A stretch of 64,000 nt of DNA, taken from Gnetum montanum (lineage: Eukaryota > Plantae > Gnetophyta). The stretch spans positions 260,061-324,060 of the forward strand of contig MNCI01002981.1 in the NCBI GenBank assembly GCA_015680685.1. The letters are read 5' to 3'. The translations under genes and the position numbers were made by a program. Positions 38,801-50,800 of this stretch are shown here, piece by piece; position 1 is the stretch's first letter; each line of letters starts with the position of its first letter. The notes beneath the pieces are model-generated. The model ran no database searches and was not told the origin of the DNA. It was given only the letters and a program-made list of their open reading frames with translations.

Positions 38801-41800
38801 GTTGATGCAAATTTATTGCTGATTTCAATATTAGGCAATATACAATACGATATACATTTACCTTTCACGGAGCTAGTGTAGTTGGTTGTCAAGGTTCGAA
38901 TCATTGATATCTTCATGAAAGACAGGTTGAATATGTAGCACTGGCAGAAGCTTGTAAAAACATGTTGTGGCTTTGCAGCTTTCTAAGGTCTGAGTATGAA
39001 ACAAAAGGATTATCATGTATTTTCTGATAACCAAAGTGCTATCTTTTTTTAGCAGACCTCATTTTGTTGGGATAAGGCTGGGGTGATGATGACAATGAAA
39101 GTGCTATTTTTTGGCTAAAAATCTAACTTATCATGAATATCACAATAAATACAGAAGATTGAGCTTTTATAAAGCCCTTTTATAAAAGGGTTTTATTTTT
39201 CACTTTTTAAAAATGCAATGTTCCTTCTAATATTTTAGAGTTACTTTTGTAATATAAACAATTGTACCATTGACACAATGTTATAGAGGGAAACTAAAAC
39301 TTTTTGGAGGTATGTAGAAAGGTAATCTAGAAGATTCCAAAGTAAGGCATATGGTAATTAGGTTTGAATGCTAGTGAGACACCTGTTGGGCTTGGGTTCT
39401 TCTTGTACTTTCATATTGTTTGTATCCTGGTTGCATTAGTACAATATCTCTGCATTGCTTTCTTGTGATTTTCCCACAGTAATTCCTTATTTCTCATTTT
39501 ATTTTCTTTACATTTTCCATTATTTCAGTTTCCACCAATATTCTACAACAATATAAACAATCACAAAAAACAGCTGCAACATCCTTTTTCGTTTGTAACT
39601 GTCAACCATATCAAATTGTTAAACAAAGTTTCTATGCGGATGTACCATGAAAACCACATTACGAATAGGGGCCACTCGAACTGCATGAACAAGCTGCTCC
39701 ACTATCTCTCCAGCTGAAAGATTGCTCTTAAAACCCATAGTTCCAGTAGCACAGAAATTGCAACCCATTTTGCAGCCAACCTAATAATTTTCATTCAGTT
39801 AATCATAACCTTCTGGTCATAGAAATGTTTGCATTAAATTTAAGTACCACTTTGTATTCATTACTCGATAGAATCTTTGGAATTTGACACAAATGTTACC
39901 TGTGATGATATACAGAGTGTCGCCCTTAAACCCCCAGGCCTTGGCTTACCAGCATAACTTCCTAATCTTGTATCATACACCATAATCACAGCTTCAACAA
40001 AAAGACCTTTCTGGTAGTAACAAACATGTTAGCAAACAATGTTGCAATTATATATATGAAATGTAATGCAAACAAGCATTAATGTGCAACCAAAAACCCA
40101 TTAATTAAAAATAAAAAAATTAATGTTTACATTCAGAATAATATAGGATATTTCAAGAAATTAAATTAAGATGAATTTGCACGTCATCTTGTATAGGCTT
40201 GAACTTTGGATTTTGGATTTGAACTAAAGCAAGGTAGTTTTTAGGTTTTGTGATATGCTTTCATGGTTTTGTGGTAAGGGTTGTGTTTCCTCACCAGCAG
40301 GCCATGGGTTCAGATCGATCTGTGCCACATGGAAAAACGCTTTCAATGTATCTTCTGGTAGGTGTCAGGCACAGCATTCAAGTATAAAAATATCCATAAA
40401 TTCTAAGAAAAAGGTGCGAACAAATTAGTGAGATAAAGAGAGAGAGGATTACATCTACCACAAAAATTAAATCACAAGTTTCTAAAAGCATGGAAACTAT
40501 TGCCAGAGAGCTTACCAATTTCATGTATCTAACTCAAAGTAAAACTTTTACACATTAGAATATGCACTCATTATGTACATGAACTGAATAACTTATTTAT
40601 AACAGAGAAAGTAGTTTATTGACAATTATGTACTGACAATTACAAAATAATTCATTACAATTTGGATAGGAAAAACTAGTTGTTATATCCTTACAAAGTT
40701 AAAGCGTTATCATTTCACTATATTTGAGAATGTCAGGAACACTGAAACAATAAATAAGCTACATGTCAATGACTTTAACAAGGAATAAAGCTAAATAGAT
40801 AGATACAAATAGATAGCTAAATTTTCTGGTAAAGAACAAATATATCAATTGTGTAATTAAAATAGCATTGAATATAAAATCCACATTATTGTACATTTTC
40901 CTAAATGTAAGTACATAAGACACAAGTAGTCCAAACTCTTAGCAGTTTTCTTGATGATATTTTCAAAACTTATAGCAAGTATGTTTCCACTATTCAATTA
41001 TAGAATCTATCTTTATTTTTCATGAAAATATAATATCTGTCCAATAGATCCCATGGGTCTTCGGATGTACTAAAGCTTCCTTTCATTTCATAATTCAAAT
41101 ATCAACATCATCACCATCCTAACTTTGTCCCAACAAAAAGAGGTCAGCCATATGAGTTCTTTCTCACCAGTCACCTCTATGAAGAGCTATGCTTATTTGT
41201 GAAAAAAGAGATGAAATGAAATAGTTCTCTTTATTAAAGTTTATGAAAGATTGCATACAAGGATTTATAGACCAGCCTTATTCCGTATTTCAGGAAACAA
41301 ACTAAAAAAGAAAACCAATCTTCTAGAAATCAGAAACGATAAAAATGGAAGCTATAAATCAGGGGAAAAAACTCCACAAAAACTGCAATTAATCCCAAAA
41401 AATCAGGAATTTACTTAGTCTTTCCAACACTCCCTCTCAAGCTGGAGAATAGATATCTATCATTCCCAGCTTGCAAACTAAAAACTCAAAACTTGGTTTT
41501 GATAATGCTTTGGTGAGGATATTGGCCTCTTGATCCTTGGTAGGAATGTAAGCTAGGCTGATTGCTCTCAAGTCAATCTCATGCTTGATAAAGCTTCTAT
41601 CTATTCTAACATGCTTCATTCGATCATGTTGAACTGGGTTGTGGACAATGCTTATTGCTGATTTAATGTCATTGTAGAGCTTCATAGGAGCTGAGAATGA
41701 AATTTTTAGATCCTTTAAAAGTCTCTCAATCCAAATAAGCTTGCACACTCCTTGGCAATCGCCCGGTACTCTGCTTTAGTGCTGCTTCTTGCTACAACTG

Positions 41801-44800
41801 ACTGTTTCTTACTCCATATCACAAGATTTCCCCATAATTTCACACAGTATCCAATTGTAGATTTGCTATCTTCCATTGATCCAGCCCAATTTGCATTAGC
41901 AAAGCCTTCCACCTCTTGAGATTCACCTTTCTTGAACAAGAGTCCCTTGCTAGGAGATCCCTTTAGATATCTTTGTACATGATTGGCTGCCTCTAGATGT
42001 CAATTTGTAGGTAAATGCATAAATTGACTAATCACACTCACACTATAAGCAATGTCAGGTCTAGTAAGTGAAAGGTAGATCAGTTTTCCTACCAGACGTT
42101 AATACTGCTCACGGTCAACTGGGGAATCATTATTTGTAACCTTTTGTTTCCAATTCCTTTCCAATGGTGTGCTAGCCGATTTACAACCTATTTTTCCTAT
42201 CTCCTTAAGCAAATCAAGAACATACTTTCTTTGGGTAACAAAGATCCCTTGTTTGCTTCTAGCAATCTCCATACCAAGAAAATACCTAAGGATCCCAAGG
42301 TCATTGACTTGAAATTCATTCTTTAGTTTAGTCTTCAACTCTGAAATCTCTAGGTGGTCACCACTGGTAATCACAATATCATCCACATACACAATGAGAA
42401 TGGACTTCTTCCCACTCGATGATTGCTTAGTGAAGATTGTATGATTGGCCTGCCCTTGGGTGTATCCAAAACTCTACAATGCTGAGCTAAATCTTGTGAA
42501 CCAAGCTCTAGGAGACCGTTTCAAACCATACCAAGACTTCTTAAGTTTGCACACTTTGTTGCTTCCCATCTCAAATCCTGGTGGCATTTTCATAAACACT
42601 TCCTCCTCCAAATTTCCATTCAAAAAAGCATTCTTTACAGCCATTTGGTAAAGATCCCATTCAAGATTTACGGCAAGTGACAACAATACCTTGATTGAGT
42701 TCATCTTGGCAACAGGGACAAATGTTTCTTCATAGTCAATACCAAAAGTCTGGGTGTATGCTTGAGCAACCAAGCAAGCTTTATACCTCTCTATCTCCCC
42801 ATTAGCCCTAAACTTCACAGTGAATATCCACTTGCAACCAACAACTTTCTTTCCGCTAGGAAGATCAACTACCTCCCACGTTCCATTCTCTCGAAGTGCT
42901 CTTATCTCTTCTTCAACAACTGCTCTCCAATTTGGATTCTAAAGGGCTCTTTGAATATCTTTTGGAATCTCCACACTGTTGAGGCTAGTAACAAATGCTT
43001 GTAATGATGAGACAAATTTGAGTAGGTTAGCTGCTGAGAGATGGGATGTTGGGTACAAGTTCAAACATCTTTCCTAAAGCAATAGGAAGATCCAAATCGT
43101 TAGGTAACACCATACCTTCTTCCATGGTTTCAAGATCCTCCCTTGGTTTAGATAGTTGCACAGTGTGGGGAGTCTCTAGTCTCCTTGAATAAACCATAAT
43201 TGGTTTGGAGGTGCTTGATTCTCCTCCTTGATTCAATTTGTGATCACATTGATTTGAAGGGATTTGTTCAGTATGAGGATTGTCTAGGTTGGTTGGAGGT
43301 GGAGACTCGAATGAAGAACGAGACTCAGATGGAATAGATATAGGAAGTGAGATAGAGGGATCCCAATGGTCATCTTCACTCATCATCTCCCCTTGAAGAG
43401 AACTACTGGGATAAAACATTTGATCTTCCAAAAAAGTTACATCATAAGAGACAAAGAATTTTCTGGAAGAGGGGTGAAAGCATCTATATCCCTTTTCATA
43501 TGGAGAGTAGCCAATAAAGACACACTTAAAGGATTTGGGATCAAGTTTAGTTTTGTGGGTGATGATTATAGACATTTGCAATGCAACCAAACACTCTAGG
43601 AGAAAGAGAGTTAAAAATACGAACATGAGGATATGTATCAAGTAGACAACGGAGAGGAGTTTGAAGATTTAGAGTTTTGGATGGCATTCTATTTATAAGA
43701 TAGGCTGCAATTAACACTGCTTCTCCCCAAAAAGAGTTTGGAACATGACTAGTGAACATAAGAGCTTTGGCTACCTCTAGTAAATGTTTATTTTTCCTCT
43801 TTGCCACTCCATTCTATTGAGGGGTGTAGGTACAAGAACTTTGATGAAACACTCCATTATCATTTAGGTATTGTGTCAAGTCATTTGTGAAATACTATAT
43901 ACTATTGTCAATTCTCAAAATTTGGATATTGGTTTGGAAGACATTTGAGATATGTTTGTGAAACTGTTTAACAATGGATTTAGTTTCTGATATTTCTCTC
44001 ATGAGATAAACCCAACACACCCTTGTATGATCATCAATAAACGTGATAAACCACTTAGAGCCCAGGAGAGTGGATTGACAAGCAAGACCCCTTATGTCAC
44101 TGTGTATAAGATGAAATGGCTTTGACACTTGATATGTATGAGAAGGATAATTTTTTCTAGTTTGTTTTGCACCAATACAATGTTCACATTGAAAATTTGA
44201 AGGATTTTTATTGATAAACAAAGTTGGATACAAAGATTTGAGATAAACTAAACTAGGGTGACCAAGGCGTATGTGCTAGAGCATTATTTCTGAACTAGAC
44301 AAGGTTGAAAGAGAGATGTTTTCACAAGATTGAATTTTTGAAGAAGAACCAACACCATTGAAAATGTAGAGACCATGTTTCTCCTCAGCACTACCAGTCA
44401 TCCTCCCCAAATGTAATGAACCACTTCTCCTTGATTTTTTGCATTAATGATTGTAATAGTCTTTTGGTGTGTTTGTGTGCATGTTTTGTTGACAAGTTGT
44501 GTGTGTGCTTTGGTGGAAAAGGCTAATTGGAATAGTAATAAATTTGTTGACCATATATTTATATGTATTATGATTAAATGTTTAAATACTTTATGCATAA
44601 GAAATATGATTTAAAATACATGCTGGGAATGTTTTAGAATAATAATAATAAATGATATATGGGAAAACAAAATATTTTCCATTCTATTTCAACAAAGATG
44701 CTAAGAAACAGAGGACAATGCTCTAAGGTGTGCCTCAAAAGCTAAAACAGGTATGTTGAGATGCAAATGAATGCTCATATTGAGGAACTTGACCTATAAA

Positions 44801-47800
44801 TCAAGTTGGAGGAACCTGACATATGAATCAAGTTGGAGGAACCTGACCCATGAATCAAGGATACTTTGTGCAAATACTGTAGCTTTATATTTTATTTTAT
44901 CTAAATGTGATAAATTGCTGTTTTTAGTTTAAAATAGTAGAGTATAAGTACCCTCGCCATTACTGTAGAAAGGTCACATGATGACCTTTCAGGGCTCATA
45001 AGACGATGGAAAAAATTCACATCGCTGATGACCAGAAAAGAAGGTGCCTTATTTGATTCTATATCTTGAACTGCCCTTATCATGAATCTATTTGAAAACA
45101 CTTTCCTTGCATCTTATGACAATTCTGAATGATAAAGAGATAGATATTATACCAGAATGTTTTGTAATTATCAAGAGGAATTGAACCTGAGATCTAGCAA
45201 AATCTGAATTCTGAAATATCAGAAATTGTTGATTTAGGAATTGAACTTGCAACCTATGAATACACATATTTTATTGATTTTATTATAGTGAGCATGAAGA
45301 GAATTGAACTCACAATCCATTGCTGAAGAGAGAGAGATATATATATATAACTTTAAAAAGAAAGAAAGAAATACAAACAGTCCCCAACTAGTCAGTTATA
45401 AGAAACCAAAAAAAAGAATATGAACAGTCCCAACAAGTCAGTTACAAGAAACCATTCATTATCCCTTATTCCACCTACAAATAGGAAGAGGAGAAGAGGG
45501 GGAAAAAAGGATACGCACAAGGCAAAAGTAACTATGCAGAACACAAAAAAAGTAAGGATACATCAACAAGGAGTGTGGCTGCAAAGGGAGAGAAGACTGT
45601 CGCTGTTACAAAAGATAGCAAAGATAAAGAAAACAAGTGCGGCATAGCAATCCAATGTTCGGATAATTCCTCCTAGTAAGCAAGATATCTAAGCAAGGAG
45701 GTAAAATGATCCATCTTTGTTATGTTTGATAATGGCTAGCAAGGGCTGATTTTCTCAAACTTTTCTCTTTTTGCTTGTCTAACCACCTTCACAATGCTTG
45801 TATGAGAATATCAAGATTGTTGTTGTAAGCTTAGACTTATTTTTTGGATCTCTCCGCCTGTCCTCTACACTCTCATACCTAAATGACTTGGATGAGAGTT
45901 GTTTTTGTAACGATTCAGAAACACCCATAACAATTTGGGGCATTTTTGGCAAAGGATTGCCAATAGGGACAATGGATCCTTGATGTGAGGATTGGTACCA
46001 CCGGCAAAAAGCAAGAGTATCCTTGGGCCCATTGATAATTGTGAATTGTTGAATTTTTGGATTTTGGTTGGAATTCGATTGATAAACCCTCCCCTTTTGA
46101 ATGCATAAATCTTGGATCTGAATCTTGAATTATACTTTTTTTTCCTTATACCTTCTCAAGTCTGATTTTAATATCTTTCTATAAGTTAATGGAGCGGGAG
46201 GAAACCTAGGATGTTAATTTATGGTTGTGATCTATCTATTCTATGCTATTGAACATATGAATTTCCTGATTAAATGATTACTGGTAAAATGGTTACAAGA
46301 GTTAAATTCAAATCTTGTTTTTGTGTGTGGCTGGAAATTATAAAATATTATTACGTGATTGAACAAATATGAGATTATTAATTTATCTGCTTATGTGGTC
46401 ATTACTTTGGTTTTCAAATGTGCAAATGATCTTGATTAAATATTTCTTTTTGGGTTGAATAATAAAAATTTTGATTTTTTTTAATCTGATGAATCTCGCA
46501 CAAATATTTTACTATGTCAATTTCTTTTTAAACTTATCTCTTAATTCTTAAATTAATATTAATTGACCTATTTTTGAGCTAGATCTAGGTGTTATCGATC
46601 TCGTTTTAATTTTATAGGATAACGTTAGTGTGATGGTTGTAGAAAGGAAGCCACCTGGGCATTTTCTTATTTGAACTTTCTTCTTTTTAGGGGGCTTCGG
46701 GTGCCAACTCTTGCTCCCTGAGTGGGTGTTACACCAAAGATAGGTCCTAGAACACATAGAGAGAAGGGAAAAATGTTACTGCACAATTTTGATCCTTTAA
46801 CAATTTGCTAATAGAGAGGAGGTTATACTTTAACTCTGGAACATAGTAAATAGATCTTAAATTCATCCCAGAAATATCAATTGACCCACAACCTACTACT
46901 CTTGACATAGTACCATTAGCTACAGTGATCTTAATGTCATCATGACACTCCCTTAATTCCAAGAATAAACTCTTGTTTCCAGACATGTGATCTGAAGCAC
47001 ATGTGTCAACAATCCACTTATCATTTACATGGCAATGTGTAAAACATGAAGTACTTAGATTACCTCTATGTGCAAGTAAGGCTATGGGAGTCTTTGATGA
47101 TGTGGCAGCCTCCTTGAGTAGGTTGGGATTGCTTAATACTGAGGCTATAGATAAGCTTTGTTTATCTATCAAAGATTTGGAAGAATAATTTTTTCGGCCA
47201 TTTAACTTGGCTCCAATGCCATGCACAAAGAGATGAAATGAAATAGTTCTCTTTATTGAAGTTTATGAAAGATTGCATACAAGGATTTATAAACCAGCCT
47301 TATTCCGTATTTCAGGAAACAAACTAAAAAAGAAAACCAATCTCCTAGAAATCAGAAATGATAAAAACAAATGCTATAAATTAGGGAAGAAAACTCCACA
47401 AAAACTGCAATTAATGCCACAAAATCAAGAATTTACTTGGTCCACAAAATCAGGAATTTACTCAATCTTTCCAACAATTTGTAATTTCTTTAAATTATTT
47501 TTAGTCATTTTTCCTATGTCTTTTTTATGTTCTTTTCAATGGCTTTACTAAAATAGTAACGTAGTAACCTTTTTTTGGTAAAATCGTTATTTGATCTTCT
47601 TTGCACATGTCCAAACCATCTACGATGGCATTTATGTAACTTGTCTAAAATAGAATCCACTCCAAGTCCTCTAATGTCTATTGCATAGTTTATATCTTCT
47701 AGTATCATTCAACATCTATTTAAGCATTCGCAATTCTATCACAATGATTTACAGTTCATGCCCCTTTTAAATAATTCAAATATAAATTCATTATTTAAAA

Positions 47801-50800
47801 AGTTTTTACGAACCTCTCAATATCTAGATGTGATTTGCCTTTTAACTTAATTTGAAAATCCATTGGTTGTCATCCTTAAAAGCTAAATTTTTTCTTCCCA
47901 ATTATCTCATCAATTTATGAGTGGTTTAGATAATAGTATGATGTCTCTTATACATTATCCCACATTTTATCAATCTGGGCTTAACATATGATTTATGACA
48001 TGCATCAGGATTTGTGCTACATTCATATAAGTTGTATAGCTATTACTAGAGGGCCTGCAGTTATGTATAGAAATATGTATTATAATTTTCATTTTGGAGT
48101 ACCAATGTGCAAATAGTATATTCTTTGAAATATTTCGGTCTCATTTATATGAAAAATTACAAGTGGGGAAAATGTGTCAAAGAAAGAACAATAGGAAGTT
48201 TCAAGGCTTTGTATGCTTTCAAAAACAAGTGTAATGATTTTGGACTTTAGGCTTGGAAAGTCAAAAAATAAATTTTCTAGACTATCATCTATCGTACTGT
48301 ATTATATGGATGTGTTGTTTGGGAACTTGGACCTAATGCTAAACTTTGGATCTATTTTAATATATGCCTTCACTTGGTGACTTTAATATACCAGGACCTA
48401 TTCTTAGTTGGAAGTGTAATCGTAACTCTGAATTTGATGATAATTGTGCTTCACAATAGTTTCTATAATTATGAGTATCATAAGTCATGAGCAACGAGAT
48501 ACCCCTACACTCAACCATACAAATACAAGCATGTATGCGTGATCTGGTCGAACTCTGTGGACAAACTAGTTATGGCACCTAGACAGTTATACATTGATCG
48601 CAGTTTGTTGTCTTCCCATCTAGACTAGTATTTGCTTGTCATGTATGGTTTAGTCTAGAGTGAGGTGTATGATGCGGTTTCTACCACTATGCTACTCCTA
48701 AGGACAACTAGAAATAATTGAATTAGGCTAGCCTAAGTGCGATAAGCATCAATCCCTAATCATTTGTACGCATCTTAAACTTTGTGTACTACTTCTGGGA
48801 TTACCAAATGTACATCACTCGAAACACTACTTGATACGCTACTGAGTTACCACGTAGTTACACTTAAATGTTTGTGATTAAGACATCCTCATTTTGCGTT
48901 AACATTAAGAATAGTAAATGACAATAAAAGGAATATTAACTAAGAAAACAACAATAAATAATAAATAATTAAAATAAATTACAAGTTAAGTAAATGCTGC
49001 AATGATGGAGTAATCTCAATCTTTATTGCCAATTGTGTGTGTGTCCAAGTACATCACACTTGAATAAAGGTTCCGTACAATTACAAGCATCACACTACGA
49101 GCATGCACTTGGGAAAAGAACTAAAAACTAATTGAAAACTGACAAAAGACTTGACCCCAAAAGACTCAAGACTCTCTTTCTCTCGTTGTGTGCCTGAGTG
49201 CTATATTTATAGGCTAACACAAGAATCACAATATCATGTATACGATATTGTGTCCAAGCTACGATATCATGTACCCAATATCGGGGCCTAGCAAACTGCA
49301 ATTCATCATACCCCCATGACTGAATAAAAACTTGTCCTTGAGTCAAACAAAATGAGGAACAAATTCATTTGATTACAACAATGGATAGGTATGGGTTTAT
49401 TGAATGACTATGGATTATTTCATGCCGTAGTGTGGAACTAGACAAAACAAAATCTGGACACCAACACAAAATATAAAATTTTTCGGAACTCATGTGGTTC
49501 TTGGTGGCGGTGGCTTCTCCATGGGCTTCTTTCCTTTATCCTGTGCTCCAAGCTTCTAAAATGGATACTTCTGAAGGAGCACCTGAAGTTTTTCCTCCTC
49601 TGTCCAAGGATTATGTGTCATCCATGCTAATGTTCCAATGTTTAATAGAGTCAACATTTCCCATGGGCATGACAATTGCCAGAACATCTAATTGGCTTTG
49701 ACATACCATGCCGCAAATAACTACCGTTCTTCTTCATAGGCTCTGGCTTTGCCTCTGAATTTTTGATAATCCGTAAGCCGTCAAGCCAATTCTGCTGCTA
49801 CATCTTTTTGGCCTTGGTAGCTAACTTTACCACCTCTAGTTCAAAGTTTGCTACCTTTAGTCTTTGCAATGTCTTCTTGTGTTCCACAAACTCTATCTCA
49901 TGTTTGGCATAGGTGGCAGCTACTTGCTTTTCTAGCTCAGTTCTTGGGTGCCCTACTGTTAACATGGCCAAGTTGGCGTACCGTAGATTTGCCAACTCCA
50001 TGTATTCTGTAAGATCCTGGATCTGCAACTCCCGACTTTTTAATTCTACTTGATTGACGAAGGCATAAGTATCTAGTATGGCTCGCCAATCAGTATGTTG
50101 AGCACTGAAAGAATTAATGTGGTCCTTAGCCATACAGATCTCTTTTTCGATGATCTCCTTATACATCTCCACCTGATCACCGAGGTGTTCCTTTAATTTT
50201 TCATGTCGCCTAGCCTCATTTTGCCACGCGCTTATTTCAATGGTTGTCTTCTGCCAAATGGCGCGTACCTCCTCCATTGAGAGGGTTCTGTTCTCTCTGG
50301 CTAAGTGACTTATATCTTGGTTGACTCTTATTAGTTGTTCTCACATTTGTTGGAAACTTTTCTTGAGAACATTCTTCTATTTTTCAACTGTCGTCAACCG
50401 AAGATTTTCGGCAACACGGAGCTTATTCACTTCTTATAAGGCATTGAGAGCTTTCACATGTGCATGTGTCTGAGCTTGTGCTTTCGAAACATCCCAATCA
50501 GCCTTCTCTTTTTCCATTGCCACCCTTTTATTCTCCATTAACAATTTATTTAACTGCTTTGTCCTGAATGATTCTAACTAATCGGTTGGAACAAGTTGGG
50601 ATGGATCCCGCTGTTCAGCTTATAGGGCAACGAACTTTTCTTGGAGTCTCCTCAACTCATCTTCTGCATGTTCAGCCCTAACTTCAACCATGATCAACTT
50701 CCCTTTAGTGGAAATGAGGTCTAACTGTGCCACTGTGACATCTTGGGGGATGTCAAACAAGGACATTGTTACTTGTCTTGTTTGTAGCAAGCGATCCAAA

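Larger units (their letters stand above)
41100..48010 (-). mobile_element. Decayed RTE-clade LINE 3' portion split by the Copia insertion (pieces ~41100-41199 and ~47477-48010)
   Basis: ORF 47514-47708 contains [24 protein letters not shown] (RTE C-terminal motif); an RTE-type 3' tail with (TGA)n lies on the other side of the Copia. Confidence 0.7.
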
